Assembly: GCA_964106915.2 (NCBI GenBank) | Contig: OZ066919.1 | Direction: 5' to 3' (one strand) | DNA: 64,000 nt | Origin: Podarcis gaigeae | Taxonomy: Eukaryota | Shown here: piece after piece, positions 11,040 to 23,735 of the stretch | Numbering within the stretch: the first letter of the stretch is position 1 | Layout: every line of letters begins with the position of its first letter | Program-made: the position numbers and the translations under genes | The notes under the pieces: model-generated | What the model was told of the DNA's origin: nothing | Databases searched by the model: none | The model's input: the letters and a program-made list of their open reading frames with translations, nothing else

Positions 11040-11160
11040 AGGAAAAAATGCATGTTCAATTGGCTTTGGAAAACTGACAGTAAGAGGGACAAGTTACTGG
11101 TAATCCCTACAGGGAGAGAGTTCCACACCTGGGGTGTGACGACAGAGAAGGCACCATATG
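11040..11160 (-). mobile_element. L2-clade LINE 3' fragment
   Basis: Minus strand AFSVVTPQVWNSLP, the L2 ORF2 C-terminal motif. Confidence 0.7.
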
Positions 11161-11475
11161 AGGGTAACCTCTGCTTCACTGCATCTCCTGAAGTATTTTT
11201 GAACAAATCTTTCAAGAGTCCAACAGAATTTCAACACTGACTTTTGTTGAAATTTCTAAAAATGAATGAAACTGACTGAAGTACCACTTCCTAGGATTTC
11301 AGAAGTGGTAGAATCAGTTTGCTTAAGATAAGTCTCTTACTTAGGCAGAAAAAAAGAGATCTACTTAGAATTCTGCATGCTGTTTCTAATTTTCAAACAC
11401 AAAACATTTAACCATGTTTTGAGCACCAAGCTCCACCTGTTTACCAAGAGCAGGAAAGATATAGAAAGCAGTTAT

Positions 11476-11570
11476 GATTGCAGTCATATACTCATACTTA
11501 CTTGGAAGTAAGCCCCATTTAACTCAATGGTTTTCACTTCTCGGCCATTGTAAGTACGATTGGGTCACAT
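11476..11570. mobile_element. Short palindromic element (family B: aagtaagccccatt.aactcaatgg)
   Basis: Same core recurs at about 9000-9080, 16591-16672, 44060-44152, 46785-46878 and 63768-63851. Confidence 0.6.
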
Positions 11571-12334
11571 ACAAGGTAACTGGTATCTCAGTTACAACTG
11601 CTACATATGCACCACACCAGAATAAACTACAAGGCTCAAAGTAATGTAATGATGCCTTTTAGTTGAATCTTTAGATGATGAATTTGTCATCAAGACACAA
11701 CATACAGTACCATCCTCAAAGGTTCAGTGTGCTGGCATTGTTGCATAAAGTTGTGTGGATAGCTATGAACACACCAAAACATTAGGGCTCAAAACAACAT
11801 GGAATAGCACCAGAAATCTATCATTTGTGACATCTCACTTCACAGAAACACCACTTCTGAAATTACCATGGCTCTGTCACACTGTATTGAATGGATAATT
11901 GAACTCATCCCAAAAGAACTCTAGCAAACCTAACTTTTGCTGTACTTCACATGACTATACACATGACTATACAAATCTGCAAGTATTGTGTATTGTACCC
12001 TTTACTAGGTATCAGCAACTAAACTTAAGAGCTTCAGAGTAAAATACAAATCTAGAAAAAATAAATACCAACAGAATAAAAGTTGGGGACTTATTTAATT
12101 ATGAAATACATATATTGCTTTATACCTAGAGATAATATTTTAATATAAAATTTGTAAGTTCAATTAGTAGCAATAAAAATCAATGACTTTTACTCAAGAG
12201 TTATGCTTCTGGATATAGTACTAGCCTTCTTCACTTTCATACTTACTAGTGCAGTCTTAAAACAATAATTCTAAGCTTTTGGCCAAAAAAATGCCTTCAT
12301 CCATTAGCATACTGAAGTCTGGCATTAGTATTCT

Positions 12335-12618
12335 NNNNNNNNNNNNNNNNNNNNNNNNNNNNNNNNNNNNNNNNNNNNNNNNNNNNNNNNNNNNNNNNNN
12401 NNNNNNNNNNNNNNNNNNNNNNNNNNNNNNNNNNNNNNNNNNNNNNNNNNNNNNNNNNNNNNNNNNNNNNNNNNNNNNNNNNNNNNNNNNNNNNNNNNNN
12501 NNNNNNNNNNNNNNNNNNNNNNNNNNNNNNNNNNNNNNNNNNNNNNNNNNNNNNNNNNNNNNNNNNNNNNNNNNNNNNNNNNNNNNNNNNNNNNNNNNNN
12601 NNNNNNNNNNNNNNNNNN
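12335..12618. other. N-run, 284 nt
   Basis: Direct read. Confidence 0.99.
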
Positions 12619-13436
12619 GTACAGGCTTATTAATTCTTAATTATGTTCATGAAAGGCAACTTAAATCATGTGTTTTCTTATGCCTTATGATAATATTTTA
12701 GGTAACAACTGATCTTGAAATGTATGCACTATCTGATGAGCAAAGTCCTGTTGTCTCATGCATTAGAAGGTAAATCTATTTGAAAAGACAAGCGGCATTA
12801 AAATGTCACAGGCTGAGAAGCATTTGATATCAAAATCCAAAACAGAATCACGGCACTTCGTTTTCCTATCAGCGGGAAAAATCTCAACATCTACACTTCA
12901 GAAACCTAGAATGACAAATAATGGAAGTCAAAACTAGGCTTGCTGTTGAGAGCTGCTAAAAGTCTGAAAACAAATTAGACCCAACTTTGAATCTCCACTG
13001 GCCTCGTTTCAGTAGAATATATAAATTTAAGATGGAAGCCATGGAACACATTTGTTTATTAAGGGTAAAAAAAAATTAAAAATCAGACTAATGGAAGTGT
13101 GTGTGGCATCATCATTTGAATGCATCATCAGGCTGCCACCACTGAATGGAAACTAGAGGGTTGTGACGCCAGAGACTCTCTGATGTTACTAGTGGGTGGT
13201 GTTTGGCAGCTGCAGAGACTTTCAGGGTAGTTTGCACTGTGCAAGTTCTATGTTCCTGGAAGAGGACAGGTTGAAGATGTCCTTGGGTTGTGCTTTAAGC
13301 AAAGTTACTCAAGAAGACCAGCTGCTCCAAACTTGAGGATACAGAGAGGACAAATGGCAAAAAACCCCACCAAAAAACAAAACCCTGCACTGGATATAAC
13401 TTTGCTCTAATTGTGCCATTCAATTGACAGCGTTCT

Positions 13437-14120
13437 GGCCCAGCCTGCGCACCATGGTAACCAAAGCTCCTGCTTTGCTTCTCCCCTATGGCAAACAGGA
13501 GCAACAAACCACAATTGCTGGCTTACTGTTAAGTCTGAACTAGGGACTGTAGTTGATTTCGATTCAACATGAAGCCAAGATTTGTTCTCGGCTTACCAAC
13601 TGTGGTGGTAATGAACGACAATCCCAATTTGGAGTTCCTTGTTGCTGGTGCTACTTCTGGCTTCTGCTTGGCTGGTGTTGACCTGTGACAAGGCTTTTTT
13701 GGTAGTGGCTCCCCATTTTTAGAATAGCTTCCTTGGTGAGGTGCGGTTGTCTCCTTCATTATTGACTTTCAGGCAAAATTTAAAGACATTCCTGTTTACC
13801 CAAGCATATGATGGCTATGACCTACTGGCCATGGCAACCTTGAAATTAGTAACTGTAAAGCAATGTGATTGTTTTTAAAAGTTTTAAGTGGTTTTAAAAT
13901 GTTTTAATTATGTTTTTACTTATCTTAAGTTGTTTTGTTTTAATGTAATATTTGCTGCTCTGGGATCCTTTGGGAGGAAAAGTGGCATACAAATAAATAA
14001 AATACACTAAGCCAAGGATTGTGGTTTGCTGCTCCCACTAGGAGAGGAGTGAAGCAGGTGCAATCTCCACATTGGCTGTAAACAATCAACTATGGTTTAC
14101 CATGATATAGAAACTGGACC
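13437..14120. mobile_element. Harbinger-like palindromic MITE interrupted by an L2 3' fragment (~13700-14004, + strand)
   Basis: Ends ggcccagc..accatggtaacca / tggtttaccatga..aaactggacc; internal L2 tail aaagacattcctgtttacccaagc...aaataaataaaata. Confidence 0.6.
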
Positions 14121-14966
14121 AGTGATTTATTACCACAACCAAATTTAAATTCTAAAGAAATTAATCTTAAGCATCAATCTGGTAAAACCAATTTGATGAG
14201 CCATGACCTGAAGGTCAGTTCTAGAATTATTTAAGGTCAATCAAATCAGCCCCTTGAAGATAAGAGACAATATATGCTGACCTATCTGCTGGGGTTTTTG
14301 TTTTTTTTAAGATAAAGCTTAAAAGTATCTTTCCTCATAGAAGAGATGCTTTAGTGTCTTTCCAAAGCAAAAAGAATACTTGTTGAATATTAAACACGTA
14401 AGACATGTAATTATTTAACATTATTAATTTTATACTCTGCAAAGTCAACACAAGTCTCATTAAAATGTTAATTTAAGAATAACATTTTATGTATTAATAT
14501 TTAAATTTTAAATGTAAAACTGAAGGATGTGATATGTAATATTTAAACAGGGTATCTATGCATGATTGTCTTAGTACAGTCTGCATGTGAACCACTTAAC
14601 CCCAACTTTCTTTAAAGACAATTGCTATTTTTTACTGGGCTCACACCATTTCTTGCTACATCTTTCTGCAGGCAATGACACTTTTATTGCAATCAGTCCA
14701 GTCAACACTAAACTAATTGTTTCTGTTTAGGAAGTTTATTTGAAAATATTAAGATTGTTTGAGGCTATGTACCTCTTTATCTGTAACTCTTAGAGTAGAT
14801 ACAGTTGAGCTTGATGGATTAGCCATTAAAATAATACAAAGCTAAAGAAATATAAAGGCCCCATCCTGCTGTAAGCCACTATGACTAATTTACATATTAC
14901 TTACTGTCCATGATTGCCACTGAAAACTTTTCCACTTGTGTATCCATATGGTGTGTGTTAAAAAGG

Positions 14967-15352
14967 TGTCGTGAGCCAGGAATCAGGTTCACCTGCTGAA
15001 CAGCATCCTGAAAGGGGAGGAGGTGGAGTGACTCCACCTGCAGTTGATCAGCCTTCAAGGACTCAGAGGGGAAGACACTGGTGAGAACCAACTGGCTTCA
15101 GGCTTCTTAAGCAGTTTCCAGCAGGAATCAATTGCTGGTAACAATGCTAGTAGTTCTTGGCCCTACCTTGCTGCTCCCTGCTCATCTTGACCCTGCACCC
15201 AATGATCACTGGATTCCCTGACCCCTAGTCATGTGGACTGCTGTTTGCCTGACCCTAGGACTGGACCTGACTTTGAATGCTAACTCTGCCTCCAGGCATG
15301 TACACCTCAGAGACTCTCCCACTCCACTGAGCTCAGCAACCAGACTATGACA
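14967..15352. mobile_element. Solo LTR
   Basis: Starts TGTCG, ends TGACA, perfect 5-bp TSD AAAGG (14962-14966 and 15353-15357); GC-richer than the flanks. Confidence 0.85.
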
Positions 15353-16590
15353 AAAGGTCTCTACCTTTTTTATCAGTCTACAAGTGTGGAGTATTTTAAC
15401 ACAAAACTATGAAGCAGTTAGAATGCAAAACTGTGCATTTAAATGTTCCTCCTCACATCATTAATAGCAGGGAAGGGTTTTGAAGTGGCAACAACAGATG
15501 GAAATTGGTCCTGAGAAGTACAACGAAGAGTGTGGTAGTTCTGTTCTCTGTAATGTGCCATTTTGCAAATCTACACAAATAGAACAGTAACCATGGGTGA
15601 GTTATTCATAATTCATTTGGGGAAGCAGAAGACTGTCAAAGGTCATTATTGAGTGATAAAATCGCCCCAACCTTGCCCATGCCCAAAGAGTTACTGTGAT
15701 GAGGCTTTGGCTTGCTGACTAGAACAGTCTATTCCTCCCAGCTATCCGGCTTCTATTAGCTTTGTTACAAGTTGAGAGAGAAAGGAAAGAGGGAAGCATA
15801 AAAAAAGAACAGCTCTACAGGTTTGGAACATTTTAAACTCAGGAGTTAATCATCACAGAAAATTTATTAGCATACTGTTATGTTCCACTTATGTGTGGGG
15901 CAGCAAAAGAGGTTGGAGAAAATATTTTGGGGAGTGGAAGCAGCTACCTCATATTAGCCCAGGAGAAATACCAGATTATATAACCTCTTGAAGATCAGTG
16001 GCTCTGTGAGGGATTTTAAATTCAGGTAGCAATTCAAGCATGAGGGGGGCATGACACTGCACAGTATGATCCAAGAAAGGGTATTCTTATGATCCCTCTG
16101 CAAATGCAGTGCTAGTTACTGCAATGCCCAATTGTGAAAGACTCCATACTTTTAAAAACTAGGTGTAATAATCTTGTTGCTTACTGAGTCCTCCTGATAA
16201 GAAAAAGGCCAAGCACCCACATAGATTTTGTTAAATGTCTTTGTGATTTTGATAACAGAGTCATTGAGATATTACTGATGCAGCTGTAGGCTTTTGTAAG
16301 TGTAAATGGAATTGTGCCCAAATGCCTTCACTCTTTTTTCCTCAGAGGCCGGCATCAGCCAACCACTCTTCTGCATCATAGCTCTTTTACAAATAGCACC
16401 ACAGGATCCTATTCTTTTGCACCTTCTGCTCTACAAGTCTGAGTGATGAAAGGACTTGACACTGAAGATGTTTAGGCCACATCGCTATCAAAAAAGTCAT
16501 GATGCACAGTTCTACAACAGGATTTTCCCTCTTTATAATGCCATGACAGTCCTAAGGTTTCTCAACACAGGGGAGCACTGGACCAACTAA

Positions 16591-16672
16591 GGCTGCAATC
16601 TTACACACTTCCCTTAAAGTAAGTTTTATTGAATTTGTGGGACTTAGTAGGTATGCAAAGGATTATACTGTT
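16591..16672. mobile_element. Short palindromic element, family B
   Basis: taa GGCTGCAATC ... ggattata.. tta; core ttattgaatttgtgggacttag. Confidence 0.55.
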
Positions 16673-17039
16673 AATGATGTATTTAGTATGGGCTAATCAA
16701 GGTGCAGATTAAATGCCAGAAGGTTACAGCTGTAATTTTTTTTTATGAAGCAAATACAACTTTATATATTTCCAGAACCTGGTCGCTATCTTGATCTGAA
16801 AAGACATTGGTATTAATTTGGTAACCTCATGCAGGGATGGAGTCTACATGCTACACTACATAAAAGGCTTCTTTTGAGTTAAAAACAACATATACTTGGA
16901 TCTTAAGAGAATGTATTGTGTTAATTTCAATTCCATAACTAAGGGCCTTGTGTACAATCCATCCAACTATACTCATCTTCATTGGAGCCTTTGCACCATA
17001 GCCTACCAAGTTTCTTTCAAAGGCAAGGATGCAATAGCC

Positions 17040-17400
17040 TGCTTCTCTGTAACAGACTGGGAGTGGTGCATATAAATCTAATGGTTATTCACGCATGTAT
17101 GTTTTCTCCATGCAACAAAGAGATCAACAAGTTGTTGTTGCTGTTAAAATTAATGGCCACAAAGTGGCAAAACAGTTTACTGAACGGCAAAGAGGGGAGC
17201 TAATAAAGAGTTCCTTTACTCAAATTGTACAGCAGAGGAATGCATGGTCACCAACAAATCGGCATAAGAATTAAAACAGTTCTGTCAGTCATCACTAACT
17301 GCATCAGAAAACCACCCAGGGCATACCTCTAGCATCCAAACAACAACATACTAGACAGACAGCAACGCCACTGGTGATCCACAACAATTTCTTACAAACT
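17040..17400. promoter_or_regulatory. Candidate enhancer (PAX6, homeodomain and PBX-MEIS motifs)
   Basis: TTCACGCATG 17088-17097, AATTAATGG near 17148, CTGTCAGTCA 17282-17291. Confidence 0.45.
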
Positions 17401-20400
17401 TGCTACCTGTTGAAAGAATTGCATTTTTTCAGATATGACATACTGCAAATTTGAGTGCAAGGAAACAGTGATTTCTCCACAACAGGATATAATTATAAAG
17501 AAAAATATATGGACTGTGAACCAAAATGAGAAATCAATACATATTTACTGTGCAGTAAGAATTTTATTTGTGAGGGAAAGCTTTTAATTAGTTTTCAAGA
17601 CTCTAGTTTTAGGACTTTTCCATTCTAGATTTTGATTTTTCATTTATCTAAATACTGACCCTAAACTGATATATTTTAGAGCAGGCATTCCTTGCTGCAT
17701 TGCATGATGCTCTCCTATACATACAGAATCAACACAAGGAGTAGAATACCAGCAGGCATTCATTGGTGAACGGTTTAGAAGCACTGCAACATACAGCAAC
17801 ATACAGCTAGAGCAGCTTCAACAGTTCACAGTGAGGAGTTGTAAGCCAATGCCACCCCTTTCCTGATGACCCCTGCAATTGAGGGGCTATGGAGTAGGAA
17901 CCCAGGACTAAGGCCACTGCTCAGTTGGAGTTAGATGTAGCACCACAACAGTTTCTGGAATGTACTCTTGCTTAATTCATTGACTAAAGATTCTGCACAT
18001 AGAATCATTTCAAGAGCAGAACAGCCTATCCTTCAGCGGTACAAGAATTCTGCGTATTAATTTGATGAAATGAGCCTAGGGAGTATGACTGGCATGCAAT
18101 GTTATTTGGAGTAATTTAAACAAAAACCCAAGCCAGATCAAAGGAGGAAAGTTGTGCACCTTTAACATTCATAAACCTATAGGTCATCAATCACAACTTT
18201 CCTTTTCTAGATGTGGAGGCCTTAATGTCCTTTTGATACATATTTCAAAACACCTAACAGGGTATCATCTCAAAGAGTATATATGTTTAAATATATATTT
18301 TCCTTGTTTAGTAGACATATTCAGCATTACAAACAGCTCTTGCACTATCTGAATACAGGCTGTGTGAAGAGACAATCACCTTTCATTCCTTCCCTTTTTT
18401 CTTCATTTCTTGCTATTAGGAAACCATTCACAAGTGCAACCCTGAACAATGTTATGCAGTAATTATGACTACATGACAAAGAGATGTGAACAATTACTGA
18501 GGCTGTTTTGAAACCCTATACTAATAAAGTCATTAGATGCTGCCCTTGCCATGATCCTTCTAAAAGCTTCTGAAGTTACAAGAACACACAGCATTGTTTG
18601 TAGGGACAATTGCTGCTGGCAGAATGCAAACCTTGAGTTTAACCATGCTTCAAATTGATCTTGACATTCTGTTAAGACCACCACTAAAATCAAAAGCAAA
18701 GGAGAAAAGGAGAAAATGAGCGGGTAGGATATAATCAAGAAACAGGAGGGTTCCCTCCTCAACTTCTCTCCTCTGCTTCTTCTACAAAACATGCCACAGA
18801 CAAAATGAGAAACTTGCCTGGTAGTAAATCTTTATTTCTTAAAACATTAATTAGACTCCTGACCCGGGCACCTTTAAGCACCTTTGATAATTATGTTGTT
18901 GTAAGTAAATTGAACTGTGTTTAAATTATTATAGACAAAATAGAAGCAATTTCTGACAAACTTAGACAAAAGTCTAAGAATGGACTGCTATCTAAGCAGG
19001 AACAGATCCAATTCTTTTGCAAGTTACCTCTTGCTGAATTTTATTTCATTCCATGAGAAGCCATCAGAACTGAAGGCAAGTGGGTGATGCTTAAACTGGC
19101 TGCTGTATTTTTCATGTCTTCCAACTAAATCACAAAGTGACATTGATTTAGAACATGTATTTGACTTAAAATGGTTCTCTCCCACTTTCTCTATTGGCTT
19201 AAAAACATTCAGAAGTGGCAAAGACCAGACTAAAAGGGCATCTGTCATCACTTGCATGTGAACGGAGACCAGTACATACAAAAGCAGTAAATCTACTGGT
19301 TTTCATTCAGATGAACTAGCAAAAAGGATGTATGATATGTGAATCTGGCTAATTATTTGGTCATGGAAATAAGGAAATGTGTATGTCAATTACCCCTTTC
19401 TTAAGCTGAGACACTAAAGGAGAAAGAAACATTTTAAAATTAAGACTAGCAAGCACCGGCCAAAGAAAAGAGGATTTGAAATATTGTACTCAAGGGCTTA
19501 TAACCATGTGCATAGAAATTGATATGATTCTTCAGTAGCTGCTATTATTTAACTTGCATTTTATTTAACTTGATAAATTAATTGTGGCTTTGTTGGTTTT
19601 TTATGGTTTATGTCAACCACTTTGGGTGCAAGAATAATAAACTTTATTTGCTGCTAACAATAATAAGGCCATCAGGTAAGGATGAGCATCAGTGCTCCAC
19701 TGTGGACTTCCTGGCCCCACATAATCTCTTTCAATCCTCCATCATAATGAGAGGAAGGTAAAATGCAATTTTAGGTCTGACTCCTTCTGCAGATAATAGC
19801 GGCTCTGAATAAAGGCTGCAGAGTGAGGAAATGGAGGGAGAAAGAACCAATAGGCTGCAGTAGTAATGCACCTGGTTTGGCAATCCAATTGTCCGCTTTT
19901 CAACTTGGGCGCTACTTTGTGGAAATATGCATACAATAGCTTGGATTCTAAGAAGAGCAAGCAGAAGGAAAGGTCCCTTCCTCCCCTATCCCAGCAGCCA
20001 CCTGTGCTATCACCAGCTTCTCCAGAGGATCAGGGGCTCCTCCTGAACAACATAAAAAAGGTATGATGGGGGTTTCTAGAGGAGGGAGAACCCACCCAAA
20101 ATCAAGTCTGACCCTCCAGTTGGAGGAACAATTTCTCTATGAATGTCTTTCCACCCACTTAAGAGTCCAAGACATTTGCTTTAATTTTCAATAAAATATC
20201 TAACCTTAATCTGTCCTCATACCACCAAAGTGACAGGTCCATATTAAGTTAACAGATATTTGTAGATACACATAACAAAGTCTATCAACAATCATAGCCA
20301 GGACTTTATATTTTTAATATATTGTGTTGGGAAGATAGTAATTTAATATTACCCCATCTGTTAGATTTATATTGAAGTAGCCTTCACAATTTTCATGTGA

Positions 20401-20594
20401 TAGCACTATGGTCTCTAGTTAGCAATTCATCACTCTCCCCATGCTGCATGAATAACCCTGCAGCCTAAGAGTAACCTAAATTTATATATATATATTAAGT
20501 ATTAATTGTATTTTGACCTTCCCTATGCTCCACCTAGAATGGAAGCATGGCTGGGAGGGAGAAGAGAAGGCTCTCTCAGTAGCTGCACCCAATA

Positions 20595-20860
20595 TCTTAC
20601 CTCATGAAATGTGGCTGGCACCCTCTGTCATTGTTTTTCACTGGTTGTTGAAGACTTTTTTCTGGCAGGTTTTTCTTTTATGAGGTAGACAATGTTGTAA
20701 TGATTTTTTAAAAAAACTGCTGATGTCATCTCTTTTAAAAAGTTTTTTTGCTCGTTTTATTAAATCGCAATCTTTATAGGCTGTAAGACACCCTGAGCAG
20801 AGTATTTATACAAGAAGGGTGGTTATAAATGCTCTAATGAAATAAAATTAAATAAAAAAT
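20595..20860 (+). mobile_element. L2 3' fragment
   Basis: L2-type tail (gaagacttttttctggcagg ... tgtaagacaccctgag ... aaataaaattaaataaaaaa). Confidence 0.6.
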
Positions 20861-21020
20861 CGTTTGTTTATATATAGCCATTTGAAAACTGCTATACAAT
20901 AATTCCTTTGTCATAAACTGATAGCAAAACCCAAAAGTGTAAGCTTAAGCATCTTATTGTATTTCACAATCAGGTTCTAGATCCATTGAGAATAGCTATA
21001 AAGCCTTAAACAAGCCCTTT

Positions 21021-21184
21021 NNNNNNNNNNNNNNNNNNNNNNNNNNNNNNNNNNNNNNNNNNNNNNNNNNNNNNNNNNNNNNNNNNNNNNNNNNNNNNNN
21101 NNNNNNNNNNNNNNNNNNNNNNNNNNNNNNNNNNNNNNNNNNNNNNNNNNNNNNNNNNNNNNNNNNNNNNNNNNNNNNNNNNNN
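21021..21184. other. N-run, 164 nt
   Basis: Direct read. Confidence 0.99.
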
Positions 21185-22835
21185 AAAACACAACAAAGCA
21201 ATGACATGCCTGTTGATTGTCAGTCATAAAAAACCTCCCTCAAACACAGATTTTCAAAAGAAACTACACTGCAATTTTTTGTCATTGTAAAATAAAAGAA
21301 ACTAGAGAATTAAACAGAGACTAGAACAATATAACAGCAGGCAGTCGACTGAACTTAGCCACTGCAGATGGTTTAGAAATAGTGTTTCCTTCGACACCAA
21401 GTTGTGGGATAAAAGGAAAGGAGGGAACTCCCTACCCCCAGTGAATGGCAGCATGTAAGATTTAGCCCAATCTCTTGTCCACATATTTTGCCGTGTTAAA
21501 AAGCATAGTTACTTCATTCATATCTGTGTTAGAAAGTACTTTTTATCCCTCTTTTCAATAGTAATTAAAACAATTAAAAGCACGGGTCAACACTGTGAAC
21601 TAATCTAAATTAAATTAAGATTATGGTAAATGCATCCAAGTAGTCTGTGGAGTATTATGCAAGAACATTGCATGTTTCAGTCTTAATTTGAAAAGTTAAC
21701 TGCAATTAACTCATTTGTAAGTTACCGGGCGGCATGGTGGAGGAGTGCACATGTCAGTGAACTAGTCCGATAGGAACACAAAACCATGTGATTTCTTAAG
21801 TGCTCTGTTTATATTAAGTAACAATTATCAATATCAACATGGAATGAGACCATCCTTGAAGTTAATAAAAAGGAGATCAGCTACTACAATTTTAAGATCC
21901 TTCCATCATAAAAATATATAGACATAGGCTCATTGGTACATACAATATTTCTAAAGACTATCATGATGAATGACATAACCCACACATTCCAACAGTTACA
22001 GAAAGAACTTTGGTAAGGAACTATTGCCAGCAGACAATTAAGTGCAATCTAAAGCCCAATAACTGTATCACCATATGGGAAAACTTCTGCCTTTATTTAT
22101 CACAATTAGGCTGCATTTGACGAAAGACAAATGGATCAGATTAAATCCAGTGTAGCAATTCTGGATGTTTTTAATATTACAAAACTTTCCCACATGAGCT
22201 CAACACAGAGGCCCTTCAAACTAAACTTCCTGTGGTGTATTAAAAAACTATTAATAACAAAGAGACAGATGGAAAATGGGTATTTGTAGATGGTTCTGGT
22301 ATTACACTTACATATCTATGCAATGCAATAGATTCTATACAGTTCATCGGGATGTGGGAACAGGTTGCAACTTGCTTACACCCTATAGGTCCATCCCACT
22401 GCTTTATTCCATCCCATAACAGAAAGTTCTCTCCTTTCTAATTCCCCATCCCAGACACAACAGATCACTGCATCAATCTGCAGGAGGTTTGCTACACTTC
22501 CTTCTTATACTACCCTTGAACTCATTCTCCAAGTCTGAATCTTTATACAGCCAAACTGGCACCACCACACACAAAGGGGAAGTATCATCAGGTGTGGAGA
22601 GAACCCAATGGTTTCCACCCAAAATGAAAAATCTTTAGGAAAACACAACCCTGAGGAAGAAACCCCAGAACAGGTAAAAGAGGACTTGGTATGTGTCAAT
22701 CGGCACAGAAATGCTGATTTAGTATTGGGGGCTAATAGACAGAAAATCAAGTGGAGGAAAAAGAATAGGACAAAGTATGTGCTGAAAGAAGGCATGACTG
22801 GTAGGCTAGAAATCTGAACTGAAGAAGGCCACACT

Positions 22836-23147
22836 GGCCCAGTTCACATTACATCTTAAGCCATAGTAAAAATAAACTATGAAATAAACAATTTGAATGA
22901 GCAGCATGCTAGTGCATGCGTCTCAAAAGTGGATGCATTTCAAAAGTCCACATTATGCTTCTCCCCTAATCTACATATTTTTCCACACATGGAACAGCAA
23001 GCTAGTTAGTTTCCTTCCTGGCATGGAAGCAGCAGGAATGGAAGAAGAGTGAAGAATGGGCATTTGAGCAGTGTGTACCAGCAAGATCATTCACATTGAA
23101 CTATAGTTTATTTTAACTACAGTTTAATATGATGTGTGAATCAGATC
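22836..23147. mobile_element. Harbinger-like palindromic MITE
   Basis: ~40-bp imperfect inverted arms (agttcacattacatcttaagccatagtaaaataaactatg / ctatagtttattttaactacagtttaatatgatgtgtgaatc). Confidence 0.65.
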
Positions 23148-23580
23148 ACCGCATCTCTTTGTTGAAGGTTCCACTTGTTGATAAAATGCTTTCCAGGTCT
23201 TCATTGGGTGATGGTGACTCTAAATGTATCCTCCAAGGCGCCAGAAAAGGATGCAGTCATAATGCCTCTCAGATATTTCACTGGTTCTCTTGCTCACTCT
23301 CCTCATTCACCTAACCCTGGCAGACAGGAGGAAGAGAATGGCCCAGGAGACTTGTGAATGAACAGAGTGGGGAAGGGTGTGTTGGACGCACAGTGGCGGC
23401 ATCCTGAGAACATTAGCCTGTGAAAAGTAAATCACTGAACAATAAAGGCGGCGGGGGGGGGGGAGCAGTCCCAAAATCTATTATTTAAACAGACGGTATA
23501 CTATGTAACATATATTATAAAGATACACTGAGTTTCCTGAGTTCTTAAAACAGTTTAATATTCAACTCCAAATTATTTAC

Positions 23581-23735
23581 CTTGCTCTGTTTGCTTCTTT
23601 TGTCATATCCCATGCCCAGGTTATGAAGTTCTGACTAAGGTAGGAGACGATAGATTCGGCACAAAGCATTTGAGAACAGAACACGTTGGTTAGCACACTT
23701 TCGTCATGGTGGAGGTAGACAGCAAGCAGCTTTCT
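23581..23735 (-). CDS. FAF1: FAF1 exon (~exon 13), 155 bp, phase 0-2: RKLLAVYLHHDESVLTNVFCSQMLCAESIVSYLSQNFITWAWDMTKEANRA(R)
   Basis: Acceptor gtttttcag|AGA, donor AG|gtaaat; within ORF 23577..23765. Confidence 0.98.

Noticed and set aside
12279-12701. Long ORFs crossing N-runs (also 20977-21227, 26210-26422, 51218-51688)
   Set aside because: Open only because Ns contain no stop codons.
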